Assembly (NCBI GenBank): GCA_013239625.1
Contig: MU056050.1
Location: 6,147,366 to 6,211,365 of the forward strand
Source: Lama guanicoe
Taxonomy: Eukaryota
Length of the DNA stretch: 64,000 bases
Reading direction: 5' to 3'
The stretch's first letter is position 1, and every line of letters starts with the position of its first letter. The notes beneath the pieces were generated by a model. It searched no databases. It was not told the DNA's origin and saw nothing but the letters and a program-made list of their open reading frames with translations. Positions 23,391 to 40,664 of this stretch are shown here, piece by piece. A program made the position numbers and the translations under genes.

Positions 23391-25428
23391 AATCGCTCCC
23401 CAAGTCATGCTTATCTCTGTAAATCTGCAAGTAAATATAACAATACTGGATGCTTCCAGCATAGCCTAGGGGATTGGACTAGAAGACCTTTCAAGTCACA
23501 ACAAATCTTAAGCTTCCATGGCTTTCCAGCCAAGTCTGTACATTTGCACCGCAGTTTTCCATTTGCAAAGATGTTCACAATGATGACCACTTTAGATTCT
23601 TACGAGGACCCCGTGGCGGCGTTTCCAGAGCAAGGTGTTAATACAGAGGACGAAACTACTTTTTATACTTCAGGCCAGGATAAAGGAGAGGCAACAATTG
23701 AGAAGAACGCCTCTGCCAGCACACAGAGATGTAAGCAGTGTGAGCTAAGCCCTTCAAGGTCCAGACTGCTCCCCAGTCCCTTTAAGACATGCAGGCACTA
23801 ACACCGATGGTGTGCACCAGCCCCAGGCAGGCCCCTGCCCCAGCCATCTCTTTTCCCCTCCTAATCCAGACTTCCCTATCTGATCTCTCTCCACTCAGCT
23901 GCATCTGGTCAGAAAAATTCCTGTGACTAGACCATGACCTTTTCCCAAAGCAGTTTGTTTTCCTCCTTGTGAAAGGAAACAACCTCCAGAAATGAATGAG
24001 GTGTGATTCTCTGGCTGGTGTAACGCACTGGAACAAGTCCGGACCATGGTGAGGGGCATATCTGACCATTTTGCTGTCTACAGGTAAGCAGAGAGAGAAA
24101 CAGATGGGCCAATTTTCGCATCTTACAAAAAACAGTGTTTTCAATATGGTCTCCAATATGGAATTTTGGTTGGGGACTGGATGGCCAATGAAATCGTTTC
24201 AGGAAGACAACAATAAACTCACTTATGGACAAGCAGCATGCTTTTTGATTGATAGCATTCATTAAACTGTGGACCAACAAATGAGCCAGACTTCTGCAGG
24301 GTATAACTGTCCTTGGAAGAAACTTCAGGTAGAGACCGAGCCTGTTGAAGCATGCCCAAATGCTCCACCTCCCACCCACCTTGGAGGTCTTCCCCGAGAT
24401 CCTTGCCTCTGCTAGTTCTGCTAACAGAGTTGGTGCTTGCCTCTGGCCCCTGAAGAACCCTACCTGGTTCTAGGGAAGATTGTCCACCCTGGTCTTACCT
24501 GTTCTCACTGAGAAAGGGGTTAAAGTCAGAGCAGAAGAAAACTAACCCTGCTCTATGAGACAGCAAGCCATCGGAGGGGTTCAGAAAACACATTAAATCT
24601 TAAGTCTGGGGAACACTACTCTCAATGAAAGGTAACGGGGAATGCAGATGACCACCACAGCCTGTTTGGAAAATAGGAGCTGCGTGATGATGGAGAAATT
24701 TAATAAGGCTTATCTCCCAAGTCTCCCACCGCCAACAACCACCACCCCTTGGGTAGACCTCAGTGTATTCCCTCAGTTCCAAATGAGAATTCCTCTTTAC
24801 GGTTACCTTAGCAAGTGTGATCTGTTAGGGTACAGGTATAAAACAAGCATAAAGAGAACATAAAATTACGTATGGGTGCAGAGGAATTGAAGTTTGGAGA
24901 AATAGAGGGGTCTGATCATGCAAGATGTCTCATAGAAGGCTGAGGAGTTTGGACATTCATTTAATGTTAACTCCTGACATAGCCAGGGGAAGTTGGTGGG
25001 CAGGGGTAACTACAACAAAGAAAGGCTACTTGTGAATCCTAGCTCTGACGTCACTCACAAGTACAATAAGCTTTTAAATATAGGAATTTGAGCAGCACCT
25101 ACAAATTCCCATGATTTGTCAATATCCCACTCCCACTGACCAGCCTGAAATCCCAATAGTAATACAACAACAACAATAACAATATTAGTCACTAACCTTT
25201 ACTGTGCACTTTTTTATATTCCAGGATCTCTTCTAAGCACATCAGATAGATGATGACTCACTTCCCTACTTCAAAACCTTAAAAGTCCCTGATAAAATGC
25301 ATAAGTTATCCGGGCATTCATCCATTATCAACCACTCACATCTCTAAATATTCACTACATCATCGTATTAATGAAGGGTGGTGTGCAGAGAAAGAACATG
25401 AAAAAAGTTTCTAGAAGATTCATTTGAC

Positions 25429-26770
25429 CTTTGGTCAACTAATCTTCGACAAAGGAGGCAAGAATATACAATGGAATAAAGACAGTCTCTTCAGCAAATG
25501 GTGTTGGGAAAACTGGACAGCAGCATGTAAAGCAATGAAGCTAGAACACTCCCTTACACCATACACAAAAATAAACTCAAAATGGATTAAAGACTTAAAC
25601 ATAAGACAAGATACAATAAACCTCCTAGAGGAAAACATAGGCAAAACATTATCTGACATACATTTCAAAAATTTTCTCCTAGAAGAAATAAAAGCAAGAA
25701 TAAACAAATGGGACCTAATGAAACTTACAAGCTTCTGCAGAGCAAAGGAAACCAGAAATAAAACAAGAAGAAAACCTACGGAATGGGAGAAAATTTTTGC
25801 AAGTGAAACCGACAAAGGCTTGATCTCCAAAATATATAAGCAGCTCATACGACTCAATAAGAAAAAAATAAACAACCCAATCCAAAAATGGGCAGAAGAC
25901 CTAAACAAGCAATTCTCCAAGGAAGACATACAAATGATCAAAAAGCACATGAAAAAATGTTCAATATCACTAATTATCAGAGAAATGCAAATCAAAACTA
26001 CAATGAGGTATCACCTCACACCAGTCAGAATGGCCGTCATTCAAAAATCCAAAAATGACAAATGCTGGAGAGGCTGTGGAGAAAGGGGAACCCTCCTACA
26101 CTGCTGGTGGGAATGCAGTTTGGTGCAGCCACTATGGAAAACAGTGTGGCGATTCCTCAAAAGACTAGGAATAGACTTACCATATGACCCAGGAATCCCA
26201 CTCCTGGGCTTGTATCCAGAAGGAAATCTACTTCAGGATGACACCTGCACCCCAATGTTCATAGCAGCACTATTTACAATAGCCAAAACATGGAAACAGC
26301 CTAAATGTCCATCAACAGGTGACTGGATAAAGAAGATGTGGTATATTTATACAATGGAATACTACTCAGCCATAAAAACCGACAACATAATGCCATTTGC
26401 AGCAACATGGATGCTCCTAGAGAATGTCATTCTAAGTGAAGTAAGCCAGAAAGAGAAAGAAAAATACCATATGAGATCGCTCATATGTGGAATCTAAAGA
26501 CTCATGGACAGAGAATACAGACTTGTGGTTACCAGGGGGGTAGAGGGTGGGAAGGGATAGAATGGGATTTCAAAATTGTAGAATAGATAAACAAGATTAC
26601 ACTGTATAGCACAGGGAAATATACACAAAATGTTATGATAAATCACAGAGAAAAAAATGTGACAATGAGTGTGTATATGTCCATGAATGACTGAAAAATT
26701 GTGCTGAACACTGGAATTGGACACAACATTGTAAAATGATTATAAATCAATAAAAAATGTTAAAAAAAAA
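25429..26770 (+). mobile_element. Young 5'-truncated L1 insertion
   Basis: Perfect 14-bp TSD aagattcatttgac at 25415-25428 and 26771-26784; aataaa plus A tail; uninterrupted ORF2 C-terminus. Confidence 0.95.
25430..26497 (+). pseudogene. L1 ORF2p C-terminal ~355 codons, open frame, no start
   Basis: ORF track 25424-26497; CCHC knuckle [18 protein letters not shown]; natural stop after LICGI. Confidence 0.92.
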
Positions 26771-26784
26771 AAGATTCATTTGAC

Positions 26785-26890
26785 AGCAGTGTAGAGAATC
26801 AATTAGGACTAGAAAGAAGCTCCAGCCCTGCCCATGAGTTAGGAGGCTGTTTTATAGGAAATCCAATCGTCAAATAAAAGATTAAGCTGT
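26785..26890 (-). mobile_element. L2 remnant, probable target of the young L1
   Basis: gcagtgtagagaat...gttaggaggctgtt...aatcc antisense L2-like; similar pieces at ~24880-24965. Confidence 0.45.
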
Positions 26891-28562
26891 AATTGATAGA
26901 TCGAATACGTTTTATAAATTTGGAGACTGTGTATTTATGTATACACACAGACACTTTATTTACGTATGTGGTATAAAACAAATGCAATCAGATGGGCCCT
27001 TTTAAGCAGTGCATGCACAGCTGTGGGTATGTACTAGGAAGCCCAGAGCTAAGTTTTGGAGTTAGTTTGGGCACTAGAGATTGCCACATTGCTCTGCACA
27101 AGAAAATGTGTAATGCCTTTATATTCCTCCTGAGAGGAAAGGAGCAAAAAGTAAAGAAAAGGGGAGAGGCCATGAAGAGAAAGCATGAAAGCGAAACAAC
27201 ACGGTGGGAGACTGGAGCTCGGGTTTCAGAAATGGCCGAGGGACTTGAAGGACAAGAATGGCTGCCACTCTATTTGAAGTTGTCTGCCCGCCTGTGGTTA
27301 AAAATCTCTCTGCATCCCCCAAGCTTTAGTAACATCTGCCACATCCACTTCCCTTGTGTGAGTGGGTTGTTGGGAAATGAAGAAGAGGGGCTGTGTTCTG
27401 AATTTGAGTCAACAGAGTACAGAAGAGAGACAGCAGGCACAGCACCAGAAAGAAGACCGGGAAATGAAACAGACTCAGAAACGGCATCAGCATTCTGGAA
27501 ATTCGCAGCTTGCAGAGGGCTTTGGACTTCCCACAATCTCTAGGATAGAGGTTCCAGCCAACTTTACTTGGATTTTAAGGATGATGAAGGTGACCCTAGC
27601 TGACGTTTGGATATGTATCGGATTTTCTTAAAATGAAAGGCAAAAGCAAAATAAACTAGGAAGTTTTCCAAAACAATTCAGTTGCCATAGGCCTCTGAGC
27701 TGTTTTTTCCTTTTTCTTCTTTACTTTCTCCCTCTCTCTCTCTCTCTTTGGTGTTTTCCCCTCTCACTCAAAGCAGGAAATGGTAAATTGAAAAAAAAAA
27801 GGTTCAGTAATTCCAATTCTGGGTAGATTACACCTGAAATCTACAATTGGTGACTAAGCTTTCTGAAGAAAGAAAACTGATCAAGGTAGAAGCTTGCAAG
27901 CCATATGCCAGTGTCAGGCAGGGAAGCTGCAGCTTCACTATCAATTAAAACATTCTAATACCCGGTTATGAAGACTGACACTTTGGAAGTAATTAAGTAT
28001 TAGATATTTTTAGGTAATTGCTGCTACAGGAACACACGACCTGTGCATTTGGGAGATCGAAGACTTGATAGTGACTTTTTCAGTGGAGGCTGCACTATCT
28101 TAATTGTCCCTAATCATTTTCAACACCTCGGGTGTTTTGTGATGGCCTCAAGCATAGCAATTGGTCAGATGTGAACCAAGGGGGAACTGCAGCCTCTTCT
28201 TTTTTGCTAAGTATCATGAAAAGCAGCAGGGGCATATTGGAATATCAGACTAAACCACAATGACAGAAATAGCCCATTGACATGCTAGATTTCCATTAAG
28301 AGCATACACTGCTATAGCTAATTTCCTATGGCGAGTAGGTGATTCTAGGAGGCAATAATCATTCTGTCAAGATGCTGAGATTGTCAAAGATGTCTCTTTT
28401 TAGCTGGGGAAAAAAAAGAGGAAAATCTTAGCTGGTCATTATTTTGGTTAACATATTGGTATCGCTTATCCCCACCGTGTGATCAAGCCCTAGGCTACAC
28501 ATTGTAGGGTAGACAGAAGGGGCCTCAATACCAATAACGAAGAATTCACAGCAGCACATTTG

Positions 28563-28905
28563 CATAGAATGATAGAATTGTCAAGTTGGAAGCCACCTTG
28601 GGAATCAGCTGCCTCAGTGGTTCTCAGCCTGTGGATCTTAATCCTTAATCATCCAGGGGCTTTTTAAAAACTATCATGCCTAGGACTCACCCCTGACCAA
28701 TCAAATTATATTTTTAAAACATATATTTTATGTATATTTTAGAGCTCCATAGATGATTCTAATGCCAGCCAGGGTGGAAAACCACTTATTCATCCAACAC
28801 ATTTATTTTCCAGGTGAGAGAACTGAGACCAACAAGGTCACATACCTGTGACAAATCTACACTGGGAATCAAGTCTCTGGACTCCCAGTGAGTGCTCTTT
28901 TTCCC
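28563..28905 (-). mobile_element. MIR/MIR3 split by a MER5
   Basis: atagaattgtcaagttggaag...[MER5]...atccaacacatttattttccaggtgagagaactgagacc. Confidence 0.6.
28615..28787. mobile_element. MER5A-type MITE
   Basis: TIR cagtggttctca ... ggaaaaccact; gatgattctaatg...cagccaggg. Confidence 0.75.
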
Positions 28906-28929
28906 TCATGTGATGCTGTTTCCTATCAA

Positions 28930-29045
28930 AGGGACCAAGACTTAGAGAAGGTAAGGAAATTGCTCAAGGTCCCACAGATTGTGGGGCAGAAATGAGATTT
29001 GAACTCAGTCTGATTCCACAGTCCTGTGTTTTAGCCACTATGCTG
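28930..29045 (-). mobile_element. MIR fragment
   Basis: gagaaggtaaggaaattgctcaaggtcccacag...gatttgaactcag. Confidence 0.65.
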
Positions 29046-29294
29046 TTTGCATCGCAAAACAAAGCCAATCAATAGGATCAACCTTAGTGTCAAATGATGC
29101 TGAGACCAGTAGTGCCAAAGGGGTGCAGAGGAGGGAGTGGTGCATAGAAGGAGGCCAGACTGGAGCTGGGCTTGGAGATCCAGGGAAGATTTGGAGAAGC
29201 GAACTTGCCAGGTTCGAGGGAATCATGGTGGAAGTGATGTCAGCGAAGGAATGAAGATGGGAATCCACAAACTGTGTAAGAGTGCCCTCATTCT

Positions 29295-30370
29295 TGAAAA
29301 ATAGTATCAAAGTCACAAAAATAGTACAGAGAACTCATGTGTACTTGTTCTCTCTCTGTTTCTTGCTCTAATTATATATACATACACACACATATACATT
29401 GATCAGCTTTGTTTTGGGATGCAGATAGCATAGTGGCTAAATGCACAAACTGTATATATATACATGCATGTGTGTGTGTATATATATAATTTATTATATA
29501 TATAATTTATTATATATATAATTTATTATATATATAATTGATTTCTATATAGAAAATTACATTTATTTATTTAATATATTCATATGTAATTTATTTTCTG
29601 AGCCACTTTAAGGTAGATTACATACATCAATTCCCTTTACCCCCTAATACTTCAGCTTGTATCTCCTAAGGATGAAGATATTCTCTTAGATAACCACGGC
29701 ACAGTTATTAAATTCATGAAATTTAATCTTGTTATGATACTTTCATCTTATCTCCTGCCCATATTCTTATTTCATCAGTTGTCCCAATAATGTCCTGTGT
29801 GGCACTTTGGTCCCTCCAATACAGGAAGCAACTCAGCATCATGATTACTTTTAGTTGTCGTGGTCCCTTTCTCTAATCTCAAACTGTTCCTCAGCCTTTC
29901 TTTGTCTTTTACCACGCTGAAGTTTTTGAAGAGGAGAAGCCCATTATCTGATACATTGTTCCTCAATTTTGGTTTGTATGATGTTTCCTTATGATTAGGT
30001 TCAGTTTATGCCTTGCCAGCCAGAAAACTACATAAGTGATGTGTCCTAATCAGAGCATCACGTTTGGAAGACACAGTGCCTGTCTGTGATATTGATAACT
30101 GGTCACGACATTGGCCAGGTTTCCCATGTATACATTTTTCCATTTCATAATCAAAAGGCAATCTCTGAGGAGACACTTTGAGGCCATGGATATATCTAGC
30201 TCCTCACTAAAATCCCCTCTACCAAAGTTAGCATCTATGGATGATTCTTTCCCGGCCCCTTCTATACTATGATGGCACCGAAATGGTGATTTCCCAACTC
30301 CATCACTCCCTCCATGTGTGTCAGTCAGCATTCGACTGTAAGGAATCCCTTCTCCTCTATTTGCTTAGCT
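29295..30370 (-). mobile_element. Ancient L1 3'UTR (L1MC4/5-like)
   Basis: aaaaatagtacagagaactc...ccctaatacttcagc...gatattctcttagataaccac...gttgtcccaataatgtc. Confidence 0.7.
29479..29538. repeat. AT-only minisatellite, 16-bp unit tatatatataatttat, ~3.7 copies
   Basis: Read directly. Confidence 0.85.
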
Positions 30371-31138
30371 CTTTATTATTGCTGTGCACCTTAATGGTTC
30401 CTATACCTGGCTCTGCTATTCACAATAGGGACTGGCTAAAAATATTATGGTAGAAGCCTGCAGAGTTTCCAGATATATACAGAAGGGTTTTCACATTTTA
30501 AGAGAGAAACAAGGCATGATGATCTGGAGATAAAGGGGAAAAAAAACCTAGTAAACCTATAGGAAGTCCTGGTGGTGTGTTAAACCAGAAATAAAGCCCA
30601 TTAAATGCAGCAATTGTTAGTAATAAACCTGAAATGCAAACAAAAGCATGTTGCTGTTTGCTTGAAAGCACTGTACCTATTTAAATGTAGCATCTCAATT
30701 TTCAACCAGCAGCCCAGCAAGAATTATTCCAGGAACCTAGTTTTGTTCAAAAAAAAAAAAGCATTCAACTAAATGCATCATGACAGTTAGATTTCTCACA
30801 GCTCCAGAAATAGATCTATGTTCTTGGGGTGGGTTGGCAGAGAATGAGGGATTAGAGTACAGGAGGTGGTAATTAATCTGATAAAAATCGCTCAAACTGT
30901 GAAAAAATTAATCCTGCTGAGATTTCAGGGTGTGTTAGCAGTTTAGTTAGGGTTTGTGCAAACCGCACCACCAACATTGAGATGCTTTAACAATTAAGAG
31001 CTGATGAGGCCCACGGGGGACTTTATTAATAAGTAAATTGAAAAATCAGGACTGCAAATGCAAAGATTACTTTATAGACCAGTGCATTTAGGTTCAGGTT
31101 GAAACAAGTCATGTGAGGAATATGCATCAAATTTCTTT

Positions 31139-31352
31139 TTTTAATTTTTTTAATTTTTAAAACATTTTTATTTTTTAAAGATTTTTAATTGAGTTATAGT
31201 CATTTTACAATGTTGTATCAATTTCCAGTGTAGAGCACAATTTTTCAGTTATACATGAACATACATATATTCATTGTCACATTTTTTTTCACCGTGAGCC
31301 ACCGTAAGATCTTGTATATATTTCCCTGTGCTATACAGTATAATCTTGTTTA
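31139..31352 (-). mobile_element. Young L1 3' tail (~210 bp), antisense
   Basis: Reverse complement of the 3' end at ~9600-9780; TSD caaatttcttt at 31128-31138 and 31353-31363. Confidence 0.9.
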
Positions 31353-32793
31353 CAAATTTCTTTATTAAAGTGCACAATGAAGGCTATATCTTTTCCCAAG
31401 TGTCTTTATTTTTCCCTCCTATTTTACCCTCTTCCCAAAAGCAGACTCAAATGTGAGTCCCTTTGGTCACAGCCAGGACGGGGTAGGCCAGGTAAGTGTG
31501 GGATTGCCTTCTGTCTGTGTTTCCCTCATATAAAGAACCTCCAAAGCAATGATTTCCTTATATTTTCTGAAGCTGAAAATCCCAATTATGGTAAACAAAG
31601 TGATACCAACTTCGGCTCATGTTATCTTAGGAAAGATTTTTGTGCCACCTCAGAATGTAAATAGTTGTCAGGAGGATACAGTCTGATGAGAAAATGCTGG
31701 AATGTTTTGGAAATGTCAATAGCTAATGAGTTTAAGAGGACAACTTTTAAAAAAAAATCTCATTGCAGAAAATTCAGAACTGATGTACACATATAAAACA
31801 ACAGGGATTTCGGGCACTTATTTTATTAGGCTGTGGTTGCATTTTTAAGCCTTTGGAACAAGGACAAATGCTTTTAAGGCATTAATTGTAATTGGTGCAG
31901 GTTCTAAAAGCCAGAAGTGAGTTCCTTAACCTCGAACTGTACAATGGGTCCATGGGTCCATTGAAATGATCTTTCACACTAACAAAGCCTGACTTCCTGA
32001 GTTCATCCACCATGAGAAGCTTGAACATTTTGTTGATAACCAAGTAGTGAGTTGATTCTCTTCTTGGGAAAATTTAAGTTTCAGTTTCTGGAAGGTCCGA
32101 AGCCGAGGAATGCTAGTGTTATGCATAAACCCGTCACGGGATGTTTTAAAGGACTCTTGACATATTGGAGACACAAGATTCAAATTTGTTATTAAGCTGC
32201 TGTAATATTGTTCAATTTCTGAAATGATTTTGTGATCTTTAGAATGATGGGATATCTCATAGAGCTCTTTGGCCTTGAAACATACTTATTCACAACATTT
32301 GTCATATGCAGCGACATTCAGCTACAGCAGAGTAAATAGGTTTAAACCCGTGAGTTCTTCCTGCTGGAATACTTTATCATTACGCCTTGGCATCCTCAAA
32401 TGCAATAAATGTGGAAATTTGGAATTGAAGGGCTTGATTTCCAGTCTCATTGGCCTCTCTCCCTTTGAATTAATGTGGTGCCATTGAGTTCAGCAATAAA
32501 GCATTTCATGCTAACAGAGAGAAAATATCAACTTTCTTCCTGTGCATATGTGAATTTGGCAAAATATCAGTAAGAAGGCAATATAAAAGTAAAAATGATT
32601 TAGCCGTCATGAATATGAGAAGGTGAATTTAATGCATAACTAACACCCTACAGAATTTGTGGTTCTGGCATATCGGGGGAGGTGAGATATTAATTGAGTT
32701 AAGCTTTGGAAGAAAACCATTTTTCTAGTGACAAAAGCAAAGCAGTATTCTAGATGCTTTTCTCTAAGTAATGTTACATTTAAATCACCTTAA

Positions 32794-32822
32794 CATCATC
32801 ATCATCATCATCATCATCATCA
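32794..32822. repeat. Microsatellite (CAT)9
   Basis: Read directly. Confidence 0.95.
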
Positions 32823-34493
32823 ACAAAGAAGTGCTGTTTAAAATTTTCTGTGTCTAGAGGGGAGATTACCAAGATTGCAGAGTAGAAGGATGCATAGCTA
32901 AACCTCTTCCATGAATACACCAAAAACTACACCTACATATAGAACAATTCACACAGAATAACTACTGAACTTTGGCAGAATATCTCTTACTTTGGAAATA
33001 CAAGAAAAATCCTCACAAAAAAAAGGGTAGGGAAAAAAAGAAAAAGGAAATTAGTGCAGGACTGGTACCTTGAGGAGGGAACAGCAAAGAAGGAAAAACA
33101 CCCTCACTCTGGGACACCCCCTCTCCAGTGGGGACAGAAAGAGAGCTTTCAAGGCTCAGAGGAGAAAGCAGTAGCTGCTTGGCAGACAGAACTAAGAGAA
33201 ACCAGCCTAGAGGGGACCTGTGATCCCTAGCTTGAGAAGTGAGCTAGCAGGGGCAAGCTGGGATTGGGTGCTGGAACTCAGGCTTCCACAGATGAGCCCA
33301 GGGAGAGGACTGGGGCTCATCGCCCAGAGGAAGCCTCATGGGGCTGGAGTGTGGTGCAGGCTGAGGATGGGAGACAGCGCAAATCAGCCTGGGTCCCTCC
33401 ATAGATTGCATCACTGCTGGTGAACATGGGAGGAGGGGCACAACACAGCCCAGCCACAGCAGCTGACTCCACTAGCCCAGAGGGCATTGCTTGGCACCAC
33501 TGCAGCCAAGTGTTCTCCGAAGAAGAGAGGCAGGGTTCAGATACAGCCATCTTCTTAGCTTGCTCTACAAGGGCACAATGCTGGTGCATGGATCCCAGGC
33601 AGAGGCAAGGGTGAAACCTGAACTCATAGCCAAGGGTCCCGCAATTTCACAAGCAAGACTGAGATTTGATTCTAGCCCCAGACAGCAGTGGTGGATTTGC
33701 TCCACTGGTGCCTTTGTGGACCCGTGCCTCTGAGACAAATGAGCGGAGTTCTGGTGCAGGACAGGGGCAGGTTTGGTGTTCACAGTGGGCCTGCATACTG
33801 TATGAAGACATAGGGCTGGTGTCTGTGCTGACCCTGGGGCACACAAGCTATGTGACTGCATGCTCACTACAGTGGCTCCTAGCACTTGACATCAGCAGAT
33901 CTGCACTGGTGAATCTGCAGGTGCAGAACCTGGGGGACACCAGAGCAAGTTGCCAACATTCCCACAGCTGAGATGGGGACAAGGGCAGCATCAACAAAGT
34001 GTACTTTGTAATCCTGCATAACAAGTGACAGACAACACCACAGACGGCACTTCCCAGTGGACATCTCTCATGGAGGAATACTGGGTGGCTCCTCTTCCAG
34101 CTGAAGCACTCCAACCCTGCCTACCACAAAAGGCAGCTCAGAAATGGGTTTGGAAGCCTCAATTCCAATAACAGGGGAGCAAACTCAACCCCAGTCAAGA
34201 CTTTGACAACCACAGAGCAAAGAAGAGGCCCCACTCAACAACCAGGGAAGGCTCTGGTCACCACAACACCAAACACACCCCCAATCAAGGGGATAACAGA
34301 TGACACACACAGAGGAAAGACATGGCAACAATCCATGCTAAAAACAGCCCTCATGACAAAATCATTAGACACAAAATAAAGCAGGAGGAGGTTTAAACCA
34401 GGGAGGAATGGTCTCACATTAAAAAAAAAAAAACAACCCTTCAAGACCACAGTAAGATAACTGTTACTCCTAAATTTGTATAGTCAGAGAAAT

Positions 34494-35382
34494 ATAAGCA
34501 AAATGAAGCACAGGAACACTCTCAATTAAAAGAGCAAGAGAAGTCCCCTGAAAGAACAAACAATGAAAGAGCCTTCAAGAGTCTACTAGATCCTGAGTTC
34601 AAAAACGGGGTGATAAAAGCACTGAAAGAACTAAAAGAGACTATCAGTAGAAATGTAGAATACTATAAAAAGGAAATGGAAATGATCAAGAGTAGCCAAT
34701 TAACATCAGAAAATTCAATTGCTAAGATAAAGTAAAGCTAAAAGCAGTCAATAGCAGACTAAATAATGCAGAAGAACAAATAAGTGATTTAGAAGAAAGC
34801 ATAATAGAAATGACTCAATCAAAACAGCAGACAGAAAAGCAAATGAAAACCAATTAAAGTAATAATAGAGACCTATGGGATAATATAAAGTGTGCCAATC
34901 TATGCATAATAGGGGTCCCAGAAGGAGGAGAAAGAGAAAGGGGGATCAAAAAGGTATTTGAAGAAATCATGACTGAAAATTTCCCAAACCTAAAGAAGGA
35001 TACAGATATCCAAGTGCAGGAAGAATGGAGAGTCCCAAACAAGAAGAACCCAAACAGACCTACACCAAGACATATTATAATTAAGATGGCCAAAGTAAAA
35101 GATAAAGAAAAGATTCCAAAGGCACCAAGAGAAAAACAAAGAGTTAGTTACAAGGGAATCTCCATAAGGCTTTCAGTTAATTTCTCCACACAAACATTGC
35201 TAGCCTGAAGAAGATATATTCAAAGTCCTGAATGAGAAAAATCTGCAACCTAGGACACTCTACCCAGCAAGACTATCCTTTAAAATACAAGGAGAAATAA
35301 AGAATTTCACAGACAAGCAAATACTAAAAGAATTCACAATACTAAACCTATCCTAAAAATAATATTGAGAAGTCTTCTCTAA
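34494..35382 (+). pseudogene. L1 ORF1p, disrupted
   Basis: Colinear with 8075-8971; MTENFPNL...RPTPRHIIIKM...REKQRVSYKG; first ATG reads ATA; multiple stops. Confidence 0.9.
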
Positions 35383-35761
35383 ATAGAAAAGAAGCAGGAA
35401 GTTATAGAAAAAAGAAAACCATCATTGGAAATGCGATAACTACAATGAGCTGCAAGAGAATAAACATGAAAATGTAAAGAGGACATCAAAATCATTAAAT
35501 GTGAGAGAGGGGAGCAAGAAAATGTAGATTTCCTTTTCATTCTTCTTAGAATGTGTTTGAGCTTATATGACTAGCAGTCTAAAGCAAACAGTTATAGTAA
35601 TGGGTTGACAAACTTGAAAAACAGGCTAACCACAAATCAAAAGCATACAGTTGAGTCACAAAAACCAAAAAGAAACCAAGCTAATACAAAAGAAAATTAT
35701 CAAACCACAAAAAGAGAAACAAAAAAGGAAGAAACAAAGAAGAAATACCAAATCAACTAGA

Positions 35762-39567
<3,806 letters not shown>

Positions 39568-40664
39568 AAAAAAGACACAAGTGAACTTATTTACAAAGGA
39601 GAAACAGACTCACAGACATAAAAAACAAACTCATGGTTACCATAGGGGAAAGGGGATGGGAAGGGACAAAATGGGAGTTGGAGATTTGCAGATACTAACT
39701 ACAATATATAAAAGAGATAAACAATAATTTCTACTGTATAGCACAGGGAACTATATTCAGTATCTTGCCATAACCTATAATGAAAAAGAATATGAAAACA
39801 TGTCTATGTATGTATACACATGACTGAAGCATTATGCTGTACACCAGAAATTGACACAACATTTTAAACTGATTATACTTCAATTAAAATTTTTTTCCTT
39901 TGTCTAGGCATGCATAGCATAGAGAAGGCAGTGTACTTATTTTCCCTTTACTAGCTCTAATGTTTTGCCTGGTTCCTCTCCTCTCCCAGGGCACCACTTC
40001 CTGCAGCTGAAGCCATTCACAGAGTGATCCACAAGCTCTGGGACCAACATGTTCCTAATCAAAGAGGAAATTGACAAAACAATACTTCAGGGGTTCAGTT
40101 GATGGTCTTCCCTGCTCCAGCTGTGAGGGACAGAAAATGTAAGTTATCCTCAACTTTCATTCTCTCTTCTTTCTTTCAATTTCAAAGCCACCCAACCCAG
40201 TTGTCACCAGGCTTCTGGCTCACCCAATCTCTCCTTGTGTTTGTGCTTTCTTTCTGCTACTAAGCTCTGTGGTGCTGTTCTCTTCCTCCTTTCGAGGACA
40301 ATTGTGCCCTTGATGGAGCTCCCTGATGACAGCCATTTACCCGAACTGCTTCCTGTTGCCCGTACTAGCTTTCCCAGACCTGAGTCTGTTATTGCTACTA
40401 AATACTAATATGCTGGTTTAGTCTCTGATTCCAGATCTCTCTTGCCGTGGTCTATCCTGCTGTTTCTAACACTTCTCACACCGTTTCACGTATATACCAC
40501 TTTAACCATACCCTGATTTTTATGACCAATTATTTATCTGTGTTCTGGATCAAAGTCAATTCCCCTGACTTTTCCTCCCCCAATACCTATTAATCACAAC
40601 TCTCTCTTTGTCCTTTTCCCCCAGTGCCCTTTTCTTGTCACCCATCAAAGTTGAGGCTTTCTTC

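Noticed and set aside
23976..24083. + strand exon-like segment ending in CAG|gtaagc
   Set aside because: Stops in all three frames; at most a non-coding exon, unsupported.
26992..27543. 183-aa ORF
   Set aside because: No recognisable domain or convincing exon boundaries; the 3' part may be a decayed LTR.
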